Source: Candidatus Aenigmatarchaeota archaeon (GTDB taxonomy: Archaea; Aenigmatarchaeota; Aenigmatarchaeia; JACPZZ01). Taken from it: a stretch of DNA of 11,534 nt. The notes below the pieces were generated by a model. That model worked only from the letters and a program-made list of their open reading frames with translations. It was not told where the DNA came from and made no database searches. Where the stretch lies: contig JAZDLW010000025.1 in assembly GCA_043801595.1 (NCBI GenBank), positions 1 through 11,534 on the forward strand, in the 5' to 3' direction. Positions 1 through 7,321 of this stretch are shown here, in pieces (position 1 is the first letter of the stretch; each line of letters begins with the position of its first letter). The translations under genes and the position numbers were made by a program.

Positions 1-27
1 AAACCTGATTTTTATCTGTTATTGATC

Positions 28-585
28 CTACCGCAGGTAAGAAACATTGGAGCTGTCGAAGTTATCGACCATTTCTATGCCTTTGTTTTCCTGGTTGAAT
101 TCTTCGTTCACGTCGGAGTAAACGATGTAGGGGAAGAACTTGTTGAACTTTGTCGACAACGCCGTAACTATGTGCTCCTTGCCGAATAGCGCCTTGCTTA
201 TCTGCTTTACGTTGTTTCTTGTGACGTCTTCATCAAGGATGCCGAACGTGTGTATGTATTCGCGGAGGAGTACGTGGAAAACGTAAGCCTGGTATAATTT
301 TTTGTTCGTTTTCATTATCCTTTCTAGTGGCGTTTTGTTGATTATTATGAAATTAGAGCCTATCGGATGAAAACCGCTCACGAATTTTTTCTCGCTTTCG
401 GCGATTTCCGTCAATCCCAGCATCAAACCCGCCCTTTGATGACCCATTGTGCTGGATACCGCGTCCTTGACAAGCTCGAATATCTCCGCAATGTTCTTTG
501 CGCCTTTCAACCTTTTCGGGAATCCCTGTGTCTTTATGCGTATTTTATTTTTCACTTTAACAGGAGATTTTTTGGCTTTTTTCAT
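28..585 (-). CDS. Hypothetical protein, zincin/metallopeptidase-like with degenerate HExxH (FHVLLREYIH)
   Basis: 185-aa ORF with ATG start and no competing long ORF. The segments RAGLMLGL...GFHPIGSNFIIINK...FHVLLREYIHTFG resemble archaeal uncharacterised proteins that, as I recall, carry HEYxH; family not verified. Confidence 0.7.
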   Translation of the reverse strand: MKKAKKSPVKVKNKIRIKTQGFPKRLKGAKNIAEIFELVKDAVSSTMGHQRAGLMLGLTEIAESEKKFVSGFHPIGSNFIIINKTPLERIMKTNKKLYQAYVFHVLLREYIHTFGILDEDVTRNNVKQISKALFGKEHIVTALSTKFNKFFPYIVYSDVNEEFNQENKGIEMVDNFDSSNVSYLR

Positions 586-610
586 AGAATCACTTTGTTA
601 TAATTACCCA

Positions 611-631
611 AAGGCTTGCATTGCAAGCCTT
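611..631. repeat. Perfect inverted repeat AAGGCTTGCA-T-TGCAAGCCTT
   Basis: 10-bp arms at 611-620 and 622-631 are exact reverse complements; lies in the divergent intergenic region. Confidence 0.9.
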
Positions 632-632
632 G

Positions 633-656
633 CACAGGAAACACTGGTTTCCTGTG
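633..656. repeat. Perfect inverted repeat CACAGGAAAC-ACTG-GTTTCCTGTG
   Basis: 10-bp arms at 633-642 and 647-656 with a 4-nt loop, immediately after the previous palindrome. Confidence 0.9.
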
Positions 657-707
657 TATAGATGAACAGTACGCTTTAAATAAGTGTGGTTAACACAGAG
701 AAAAACA

Positions 708-721
708 GCGAAAGTTTATAA
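708..721 (+). promoter_or_regulatory. Archaeal BRE + TATA box for acs (probably leaderless mRNA)
   Basis: GCGAAAG-TTTATAA; the TATA at 715-721 ends ~22 nt upstream of ATG 744. Confidence 0.7.
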
Positions 722-743
722 TCATTGTAAGCGAGATATCTTC

Positions 744-2627
744 ATGGCAGACTTACTTGAGAATCTATTCATCGAAAACGAGTTGTACAAACCCGATAAG
801 AAGGTGATTGCGAACGCTAATGTAAAGGATTATGATACTGTTTACGGCGAATCAATAAAGAATCCGCAGAAATTCTGGGGCGAACGAGCAAAAGAATTAA
901 ACTGGTTCAAACCCTGGAATAAAACGCTCGAATGGAAATATCCCTGGGCAAAATGGTTTGCCGGCGGCAAAATAAACATTTGTTACAACGCGCTTGACCG
1001 CCATGTTGAAAACGGTTTCGGCGACAAGACGGCATTTTTCTGGATCGGCGAAAGCGGAAAGAGAAAAAAGATAAGCTATGCAGAGCTTTTAACGCAGGTC
1101 AAAAAGTTTTCGAACGTACTGAAAAGCCTCGGTATAAAAAAGGGCGACAAGGTGACGATTTACATGCCGCGCATACTCCAGCAGGTCATTGCGATGCTTT
1201 CGTGCGCGAGAATCGGTGCAGTGCACAACGTCGTTTATTCCGGTTTCAGTTCAGGGGCACTGAAAGACCGCGTCCAGTCTGCGGGGTCGAAGGTAATCGT
1301 GACAGCAGACGGCGGGTTGTACAAAGGCAAGGTTGTCGAGCTCAAAAAAATTGTTGATGAGATACGCGGCGAATGCGAAAACATCGAACATGTGATTGTT
1401 GCGCGGCACGTTGACCCTGGCGCCAAATTAAACGAAAACGACCTTGACTGGGATTCGCTGATGGCGAAGGCTGATGATAACTGCGAATGCGAAGTTACGG
1501 ATGCGAACGATCCGCTGTTCATGCTGTTCACATCCGGAACGACCGGGAAACCGAAGGGTGTTGTTCATTCGCACGGCGGTTATGCTGTCGGCGTTTATAC
1601 GACAATGAAATGGGTTTTCGATATTAAACCAGACGATGTTTACTGGTGCACAGCGGATGCGGGTTGGATCACAGGCCACAGTTATATCGTGTACGGTCCG
1701 TTGATGAATTGTGTTACGGGAATAATTTACGAAGGCGGGCCTGTTACGCCCGATCCCGGCAGGTGGTGGTCGATTATCCAGGATTACAAAGTTACCATAT
1801 TTTATACAGCGCCGACTGCCGTACGGTTGCTGATGAAAAGCGGGGACGAATGGCCAGCGAAATACAATCTTTCGTCGCTGCGATTGCTCGGTTCGGTCGG
1901 CGAACCGATTAATCCGGAGGCGTGGCTATGGTACCGCAAGGTGGCGGGAAACAAACCGATAATGGACACGTGGTGGCAGACTGAAACGGGGATGATAATG
2001 ATAACGCCGCTCCCTTCCATGGATTTGAAACCCGGTTCTGTTGCAAAGCCTTTTCCCGGAATAGTCGCGGACATAGTCGACCAAGATGGAAAATCCGTGC
2101 CGGAAAAAAAAGGCGGCTTGCTGGTTATCCGCGATCCGTGGCCTGCAATGATGGTCGCGATAAACAACAACACCGAGAAATACGAATCATACTGGAACAC
2201 TGTTCCGAACGTTTATCTGGCAGGCGATGTTGCAAACAAAGACAAGGACGGTTATTTCTGGATAATGGGAAGGAGCGATGATGTGATAAAAGTTTCCGGT
2301 TACAGGCTCGGGTCTGCGGAGATTGAAAGCGCGCTCGTCAGCCATCCTTCCGTGGCTGAGGCGGCGGTTATCGGAAAACCGGACGACGTCAAGGGCGAGA
2401 CGATAAAGGCATTCGTAACTCTTAAGGTCGGACAGGTGCCATCGCCTTTGCTGATAGACGAATTAAAAGCCCATGTCAGGAAAGTCATAGGGCCGATTGC
2501 GATTCCATCCGAGATCGCATTCGTTGAGTCGCTGCCGAAAACGAGGAGCGGAAAAATAATGAGGCGCGTTTTGAAGGCGAAAGAACTGGGATTACCGTTG
2601 GGCGACACCTCGACACTCGAGGACTAA
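744..2627 (+). CDS. acs: Acetyl-CoA synthetase (AMP-forming acetate-CoA ligase)
   Basis: AMP-binding motif FTSGTTGKPKG, plus YWCTADAGWITGHSY, GSVGEPINPEAW, DTWWQTETG and C-terminal LPKTRSGKIMRR. Start moved from GTG 684 to ATG 744 because the BRE/TATA lies at 708-721. Confidence 0.96.
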   Translation: MADLLENLFIENELYKPDKKVIANANVKDYDTVYGESIKNPQKFWGERAKELNWFKPWNKTLEWKYPWAKWFAGGKINICYNALDRHVENGFGDKTAFFWIGESGKRKKISYAELLTQVKKFSNVLKSLGIKKGDKVTIYMPRILQQVIAMLSCARIGAVHNVVYSGFSSGALKDRVQSAGSKVIVTADGGLYKGKVVELKKIVDEIRGECENIEHVIVARHVDPGAKLNENDLDWDSLMAKADDNCECEVTDANDPLFMLFTSGTTGKPKGVVHSHGGYAVGVYTTMKWVFDIKPDDVYWCTADAGWITGHSYIVYGPLMNCVTGIIYEGGPVTPDPGRWWSIIQDYKVTIFYTAPTAVRLLMKSGDEWPAKYNLSSLRLLGSVGEPINPEAWLWYRKVAGNKPIMDTWWQTETGMIMITPLPSMDLKPGSVAKPFPGIVADIVDQDGKSVPEKKGGLLVIRDPWPAMMVAINNNTEKYESYWNTVPNVYLAGDVANKDKDGYFWIMGRSDDVIKVSGYRLGSAEIESALVSHPSVAEAAVIGKPDDVKGETIKAFVTLKVGQVPSPLLIDELKAHVRKVIGPIAIPSEIAFVESLPKTRSGKIMRRVLKAKELGLPLGDTSTLED

Positions 2628-2634
2628 AAAAAAA
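2626..2634 (-). terminator. Oligo-T (T9 on minus strand) archaeal terminator candidate for the HAD gene
   Basis: A9 run on the plus strand, 23 nt downstream of the HAD stop, at the convergent junction with acs. Confidence 0.45.
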
Positions 2635-2657
2635 TTAACAAACCATTTAATGCCTGA

Positions 2658-3344
2658 TTAATAAACCTTGCCGAGAGATTCCAGAAGTCTTGGAAGGGTT
2701 TTTATGTCTTTCAGGTACGCGTCCGGCTTTATTTCCGCGCGTTTGGCGCCGGTGTTTCCGTACGAAGCGAGAATCGTCGTCATGCCGAGCGCTTTCGCGC
2801 CTTTCACATCGCGAAGCAGGTTGTCGCCGACCATCACGCACTCCTTTGGTTTTACGTTTAATTTTTTCGCGATTGCCATAAAAGGCTTCGGGTGTGGCTT
2901 GTATTTGCGGGTGTCTTCGTAAGCGATGACGGCGTCGAAAGAATTTTCAAGGCCCATTTCAACGAGCCGTGACCATGCCTGTATAGCGGGCGCGTCGGAC
3001 AATATTGCCAGCTTGTATTTTTTTCCGAGTTTGCGCAGAACGTTTTTTACATTCGGGTACGTGATCAACTTTTCATTTTTCATCCTTCGGTAGGCGATTA
3101 TTCCCGCAGCCATTATTTTATAATCTACTTTTCCCGTCAATGCCTTGAGCAAAGGCTGGAATATCTTCTGGTATTCTATGCCCTTTTCGTCGTAAATCCT
3201 GAACAAAGTTTTCCACGCCTTGCGTTTCGGCGTTTTTAACCCGGCCTTTTTCATCGCGTTGATTGCAGCATTACAGCTCGCTATTTTCGTTCCCATGAAA
3301 TCTATCAGGGTGTTGTCCAGATCGAATATGACCGCTTTTATCAT
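2658..3344 (-). CDS. HAD-superfamily hydrolase, subfamily IA (phosphatase/nucleotidase-like)
   Basis: Motif I IFDLDNTL, motif II ILSD, motif III YKPHPKPF, motif IV MVGDNLLRDV. Confidence 0.93.
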   Translation of the reverse strand: MIKAVIFDLDNTLIDFMGTKIASCNAAINAMKKAGLKTPKRKAWKTLFRIYDEKGIEYQKIFQPLLKALTGKVDYKIMAAGIIAYRRMKNEKLITYPNVKNVLRKLGKKYKLAILSDAPAIQAWSRLVEMGLENSFDAVIAYEDTRKYKPHPKPFMAIAKKLNVKPKECVMVGDNLLRDVKGAKALGMTTILASYGNTGAKRAEIKPDAYLKDIKTLPRLLESLGKVY

Positions 3345-3361
3345 GCAAATAAACGGGTAAT

Positions 3362-3402
3362 ATGGTTAATAAACCATTTCGTTGGCTGTAAAATTTTAAT
3401 AA
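3362..3402. promoter_or_regulatory. Divergent TATA boxes for the HAD gene (minus, 3366-3373) and the membrane protein gene (plus, ~3394-3402)
   Basis: Minus strand CGAAATGG-TTTATTAA lies ~21 nt from ATG 3344; plus strand TTTTAATAA lies ~21 nt from ATG 3424. The inverted repeat ATGGTT-AATA-AACCAT (3362-3377) overlaps the first box. Confidence 0.55.
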
Positions 3403-3423
3403 TAAGCTAAACGAACTACTGCT

Positions 3424-3798
3424 ATGAATAAGATACCGCAGATGCACATTTGGGCCACGTTTTCCGTTTCGATCGCGATAATGATTTTTTTCACGCTTTC
3501 CGTCGCGTTCCTGTCCCATGGTCTGGTTGCGCTGGTCGTATCATCGGCGCTGCTGGTTTTGATCGGAGTTTATTTTGTGGCGTACTACCACAAGGTTAAG
3601 GAAGCGGTTGAGCGGAAACTCCTTGCGTTACTGAATGTGTCTCTTGCGCTCGGCTTCTTTCCATTCATTGGCATAAACCATATGCTCGGCGGCGTGATTG
3701 CGCCGTACGTCTGGTTGTCGCTTGTGACGCTTAATCTTGCGTACAGCGTTGGTTTGATACTTTATCACGACATGCGGATAGAAGAAATTTTCAGATAG
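3424..3798 (+). CDS. Hypothetical integral membrane protein (~4 TM helices)
   Basis: 124-aa ORF with four long hydrophobic stretches; fits between neighbours and its stop abuts a convergent gene. Confidence 0.8.
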   Translation: MNKIPQMHIWATFSVSIAIMIFFTLSVAFLSHGLVALVVSSALLVLIGVYFVAYYHKVKEAVERKLLALLNVSLALGFFPFIGINHMLGGVIAPYVWLSLVTLNLAYSVGLILYHDMRIEEIFR

Positions 3799-3803
3799 CT
3801 TTA

Positions 3804-4799
3804 TTAAAGCGTTTCATAAACTGCCGGAATTATTCTTAGTGTCCTGTTCGCACGGTAAAAATCCATGAGATGAAGCGCCCAGCCTACGAGCCTGTTAAGT
3901 CTCGGATCGTTTTTGCCGTAAACTTGTCCCAATGCATTGGCGTTCATTTTTCTCTGCCCTATCACGCGCTGCGGGTTATCCGGGTGGACGTACCTTGTCA
4001 ATTCAACAAAATTTTCTTTGTCTATATCGTATTCGACATACAGGCTTGTGTGAAGGAGAAACTTTCTTGGACGTCGCGAATCGTTTTCAACTTCGGCAAT
4101 GCACTCAGCCGACTCCTCATCGAGCAGATCCTGTTCAAGCGTATTGTTAAAATGAAGATAGCCTGCGTTTCTCATTAAGGTTTGCCACGTATGTATTTCT
4201 TCGTGCCTTTCCGTAACAGCGCTCGCGCTTATTTGAATAGCCGCAGGTTTTCTTGGTTCGCCTTCCCGGAACCATTCTCCTTGATATACGGGAAAATAAT
4301 CAGTGCGCGCAAAGAATATTGAACCGCTCAATGCTCTTCGCACTTCTGGTTTTATGTCGTATGGGGAAAGGCATAGGCCGTTTGATGAGGCGAATCCTTT
4401 TTTGAAATCCAATGCGGCGCAAGTATAATAAAATTGTTCGCCGCTCATGGAAAACTGCAGGCTGTAAGGCCGGCGCTGGGTTTCTATTTTTTGCGATTCG
4501 TCGTTGAAAGGCATGTCGCGCAGAATCTCCTGCGGAAATATTTTTGCGAGCAGTTCGGCGCCTGTTTCTTCGAACTCCGAAACAGAGTTTATCCGGTCGT
4601 ACGCGATTGCGCCAAGATTCCTGAAACGCCCGCCGTCTTTTAACCTGGCTGCGGTTGAATTGACAAATCCGTGGAACGCAACTGCGTCGCAGTGCCTGTT
4701 TCCGAGCCTTTGCGCCATTGTTTCGAGTTCCATCAGCGCTTTGGCGTCGTCCAGAATATGTCTTATTTTCAACGCTTCGCGGGGACCAAAAGTTAACAT
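3804..4799 (-). CDS. Hypothetical protein with HEEIH (HExxH) motif, possible zinc-binding/gluzincin-like
   Basis: 331-aa ORF; HEEIH at 4191-4205 followed ~25 residues later by DEESAE. Confidence 0.75.
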   Translation of the reverse strand: MLTFGPREALKIRHILDDAKALMELETMAQRLGNRHCDAVAFHGFVNSTAARLKDGGRFRNLGAIAYDRINSVSEFEETGAELLAKIFPQEILRDMPFNDESQKIETQRRPYSLQFSMSGEQFYYTCAALDFKKGFASSNGLCLSPYDIKPEVRRALSGSIFFARTDYFPVYQGEWFREGEPRKPAAIQISASAVTERHEEIHTWQTLMRNAGYLHFNNTLEQDLLDEESAECIAEVENDSRRPRKFLLHTSLYVEYDIDKENFVELTRYVHPDNPQRVIGQRKMNANALGQVYGKNDPRLNRLVGWALHLMDFYRANRTLRIIPAVYETL

Positions 4800-4906
4800 T
4801 AGAGATATAACAAGCCGGTTAAAGTTTTAAAATCGAATTACAGGCTCTAAAAAAAATCTGCGTTTGACGTAGTTGTTATCGTCAATAAGCGATAAAAATA
4901 GCCTAA

Positions 4907-4914
4907 TTTTATAT
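4907..4914 (+). promoter_or_regulatory. TATA box for the phytoene/squalene synthase-like gene
   Basis: TTTTATAT ending ~23 nt upstream of ATG 4938. Confidence 0.55.
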
Positions 4915-4937
4915 GTCTACCAGCTCATTACCTAAGT

Positions 4938-5879
4938 ATGAAGTCGCTGACGGATCGTGCGCTGTTGCGAAAAGCAAGGACTGCCTGCAAACGAGCGAAT
5001 AAAGTCCTTTATTTATTGACATACCTTTTTCCGAAAGAGAAGCGCGCGCCCACACTTTTTTTATATTATTATTTCAGGGGCATAGACGACGAGATAGATA
5101 AGAAAGGCTTGACAGAAACATCGCGGATGAAAACCATAAATTACTGGAGAAAGCGCATGGAGGGGTTGTTCGAAGGAAAACTTCCAAACGACATGAACGA
5201 CAAGGACAGGGCGCTTTACAATTTCATACAATATGACCCGAAAATGGCAGAGGGAATAAAGCCGCAGATAGGAAACATCTTTGACATAATGGAGTTCGAT
5301 TCGAAGAATCGCAATAAACTTGTTTCATATGAAGATCTTATCCATTACTGCTATCTCACAGGCGGCGCGCCTTTCATTATTGCGCTGTCGCTTCTGGACC
5401 AGCGGGTAGACGAAACGACAAAAGAAAATATAGCGCAGACGCTAGGTGTTGGTATACAGCTCGCGCACATTCTGCGGGATTTCAAAGAGGATTTGCGATT
5501 AAAAGATGCGAAGATAACGACAACGGAGACTGTTAAATTTAACCTGCTTGGCTCCAATTTGAAAAACGTAGAGACGTGGAGGCAGTTTGCGATCCAGCGC
5601 GTTGAAGAGGCTGCGAAATTCCTTGACGACGGAAGAAGGTACATAAAAGAAATACCGAGCAACACGCTGAAATTTTCTTTGGCTTTGTGGAGATGGAAAT
5701 ACCTTTCAATTCTCAAAAAAATACAATTGCGCGATTACGATCTGATGTCGAACTACAAAAAAACGAAACCGAGGGAGCTGTTTGCATCGTTGTCAATACT
5801 GGTAAAAGAATTATCGTACGTTGTCGTGAATATTTTCAAACCGAGGCGAGCGTCACACCGTCCGTTTTTTGTGAAATAA
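4938..5879 (+). CDS. Phytoene/squalene synthase family protein (head-to-head prenyl diphosphate condensation)
   Basis: First Asp-rich motif YYYFRGIDDEID, central DLIHYCYLTGG, second motif LGVGIQLAHILRDFKED. Substrate (FPP vs GGPP) cannot be determined from the sequence. Confidence 0.88.
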   Translation: MKSLTDRALLRKARTACKRANKVLYLLTYLFPKEKRAPTLFLYYYFRGIDDEIDKKGLTETSRMKTINYWRKRMEGLFEGKLPNDMNDKDRALYNFIQYDPKMAEGIKPQIGNIFDIMEFDSKNRNKLVSYEDLIHYCYLTGGAPFIIALSLLDQRVDETTKENIAQTLGVGIQLAHILRDFKEDLRLKDAKITTTETVKFNLLGSNLKNVETWRQFAIQRVEEAAKFLDDGRRYIKEIPSNTLKFSLALWRWKYLSILKKIQLRDYDLMSNYKKTKPRELFASLSILVKELSYVVVNIFKPRRASHRPFFVK

Positions 5880-6008
5880 AAATATTCTAGTATTCTTTAT
5901 GCGCGATTCGGCGCAGCGACAACGTTCGCGGCGCTGGTTATAATTTTAGTGCTAACGTTGTACGCTGCGCGTAGGATTATAAATACAAACAAAAAATTAC
6001 TAAGATGA
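5880..6008 (+). other. In-frame, start-less 42-codon continuation behind the synthase stop, encoding a TM-anchor-like tail
   Basis: Same frame as 4938..5879: KYSSILYARFGAATTFAALVIILVLTLYAARRIINTNKKLLR*. It ends at TGA 6006-6008, 4 nt from the convergent gene stop. Confidence 0.6.
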
Positions 6009-6012
6009 ATTT

Positions 6013-6363
6013 TCAATCATCTTCGTCGTTGTATAATTCGTGATAGAATTTCCTTACGCCTACTTCGAAAGATGTTCTGTGTGAAGGATCGGCAACGGTT
6101 TTATCATAAACTTGCATCATGGCATTGACATTTCTTTGTAATTCGGTTTCTCTTTCTATAGATTCTCGCGCCGATTCCCGCATTTCAGCTTCCTTTATGG
6201 TATAACGATCAACAACTTTTCCCGTTTCCCGGTCAATTTCCACAATTGTATGATTAAAAGAAAGCATCAAAGAGTACCAGGTATAATTAAAGAGTCCTCT
6301 CATCTGGCAGAACGGGCCGTGTAAAGCATCCAAAGGGCGTTTAAAAACACTTGCGTAATCCAT
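6013..6363 (-). CDS. Hypothetical protein (116 aa)
   Basis: ATG-start ORF with protein-like composition; minus-strand TTTATAT at 6386-6392, ~22 nt upstream. Confidence 0.7.
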   Translation of the reverse strand: MDYASVFKRPLDALHGPFCQMRGLFNYTWYSLMLSFNHTIVEIDRETGKVVDRYTIKEAEMRESARESIERETELQRNVNAMMQVYDKTVADPSHRTSFEVGVRKFYHELYNDEDD

Positions 6364-6546
6364 AATTTTAATTAAACAATTAGAGATATAAACGCGATCT
6401 TAAAATTTTATAGAAAAACTTCTAGATAGAATAAAACGAAATAAAAAATAAAGACATAAGCAGGCCGCACAAAATCCTTTTCTTTAGAAAAGAAAAGTCT
6501 TTTGATGTCCCAAAGAAATTTTGGAACAAGTTCAATCAAAAAGTCC

Positions 6547-6580
6547 AGAATGCAATTTGAATTTAGGATTGAGTTCAAAC
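6547..6580 (-). other. 3' arm of the pre-23S processing stem (helix 1 + BHB)
   Basis: RNA GUUUGAACUCAAU-CCUA-AAU-UCAAAUUGCAUUCU pairs with 10605-10639. Confidence 0.85.
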
Positions 6581-6744
6581 ACTTCAGGTTTTTGGGGATC
6601 GCGGGCTGAACATCTCGTTGCCTTGATGCGTACACCCCGATTCCATCAAACTCGTCGTCTACGAGACCTTTTTATTCGCACCGATGCATTGCTGCACCAG
6701 TTTGAAAATGATCGCCTAGTATTTGAGGACAGTTTCGGACTTAG

Positions 6745-6909
6745 TTAAGCAGAAAAAAGCTGGATCATCTAACCCAAATGTAACACCCGTTTTCACAGTA
6801 ATGCAAAAATTTTTGCAAACTCAACGGACTGACCATTGGGACAACTATTAGCTAAAGCAGACGTAATTTTGCATGGCATCTGCTTCAATTAAATTCCAAC
6901 TGATCTCTT
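6745..6909 (-). other. BHB-type (endonuclease-spliced) archaeal intron, 165 nt, after ~U2754 (H97 loop), no ORF
   Basis: Removal restores CUGAAAGCAU|CUAAG. The junction folds as a canonical BHB: central helix AAGC/GCUU, bulges AU|A and AA|C with both splice sites after bulge nt 2, intron stem AGAGA/UUUCU plus AGUUGG/CCAGCU, exon stem GGACU/AGUCC. Confidence 0.9.
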
Positions 6910-7185
6910 ATGCTTTCAGTCCTTAACTGCATACAGCGTGGCTGCCCAGCAATGCCGTTTCCGACAACTGGTAAACTAGTGGCTGCGGCAGGATGTTCCT
7001 TTCGTACTAATTCTGCCTTCCTCTCAGGCGATTGACACCAACAATAGATAAAGACCGAACTGTCTCACGACGTTCTAAACCCAGCTAAAGTCCCCCTTTA
7101 ACCAGTGAACACCTGTACCCTTGGCTGCTGCTGCACAGCCAGGAGGGGGGTAGCCGACAGCGACGCCTCAACGCGCGGGGTCGAT

Positions 7186-7321
7186 TTGTTCTCGCCCAGC
7201 ACTCCGTCCTAAACGGCTGAAAAATATTCTTGCGAATAGTTTTCAGCCGGCTATTTTCCGTTTGGTTTAGACCAGATTGTGATCTAATCATTAAGGAAGA
7301 TACTAAATGAGTGCAGACGAA
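7186..7321 (-). other. BHB-type archaeal intron, 136 nt, after ~U2477 (H89 apical loop), no ORF
   Basis: Removal restores GAGUUCCU|AUCGAC. BHB: central helix GUUC/GAAC, bulges CU|U and AA|A, intron stem UCGUCU-GCACUC/GAGUGC-U-GGGCGA, and an internal GCAA-capped hairpin. Confidence 0.9.

Noticed and set aside
684..743. N-terminal extension of acs from GTG 684 in the ORF track
   Set aside because: It overlaps the BRE/TATA at 708-721; ATG 744 fits promoter spacing and normal Acs length.
367..5890. Antisense or alternative-frame ORFs overlapping the main protein genes
   Set aside because: Shadow ORFs of well-supported genes, with no recognisable motifs.
6848..6907. Peptide EISWNLIEADAMQNYVCFS in the 165-nt intron as a LAGLIDADG remnant, or rolling-circle translation (165 is divisible by 3)
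   Set aside because: Only a 5-residue resemblance (LIEAD) with no start or SD, and all three sense frames contain stops.
6745..7321. Reading the two short inserts as group I or group II introns
   Set aside because: They are too short, have no P3/P4/P7 core, end in A rather than G, and lack a GUGYG start or domain V. BHB geometry explains the junctions exactly.
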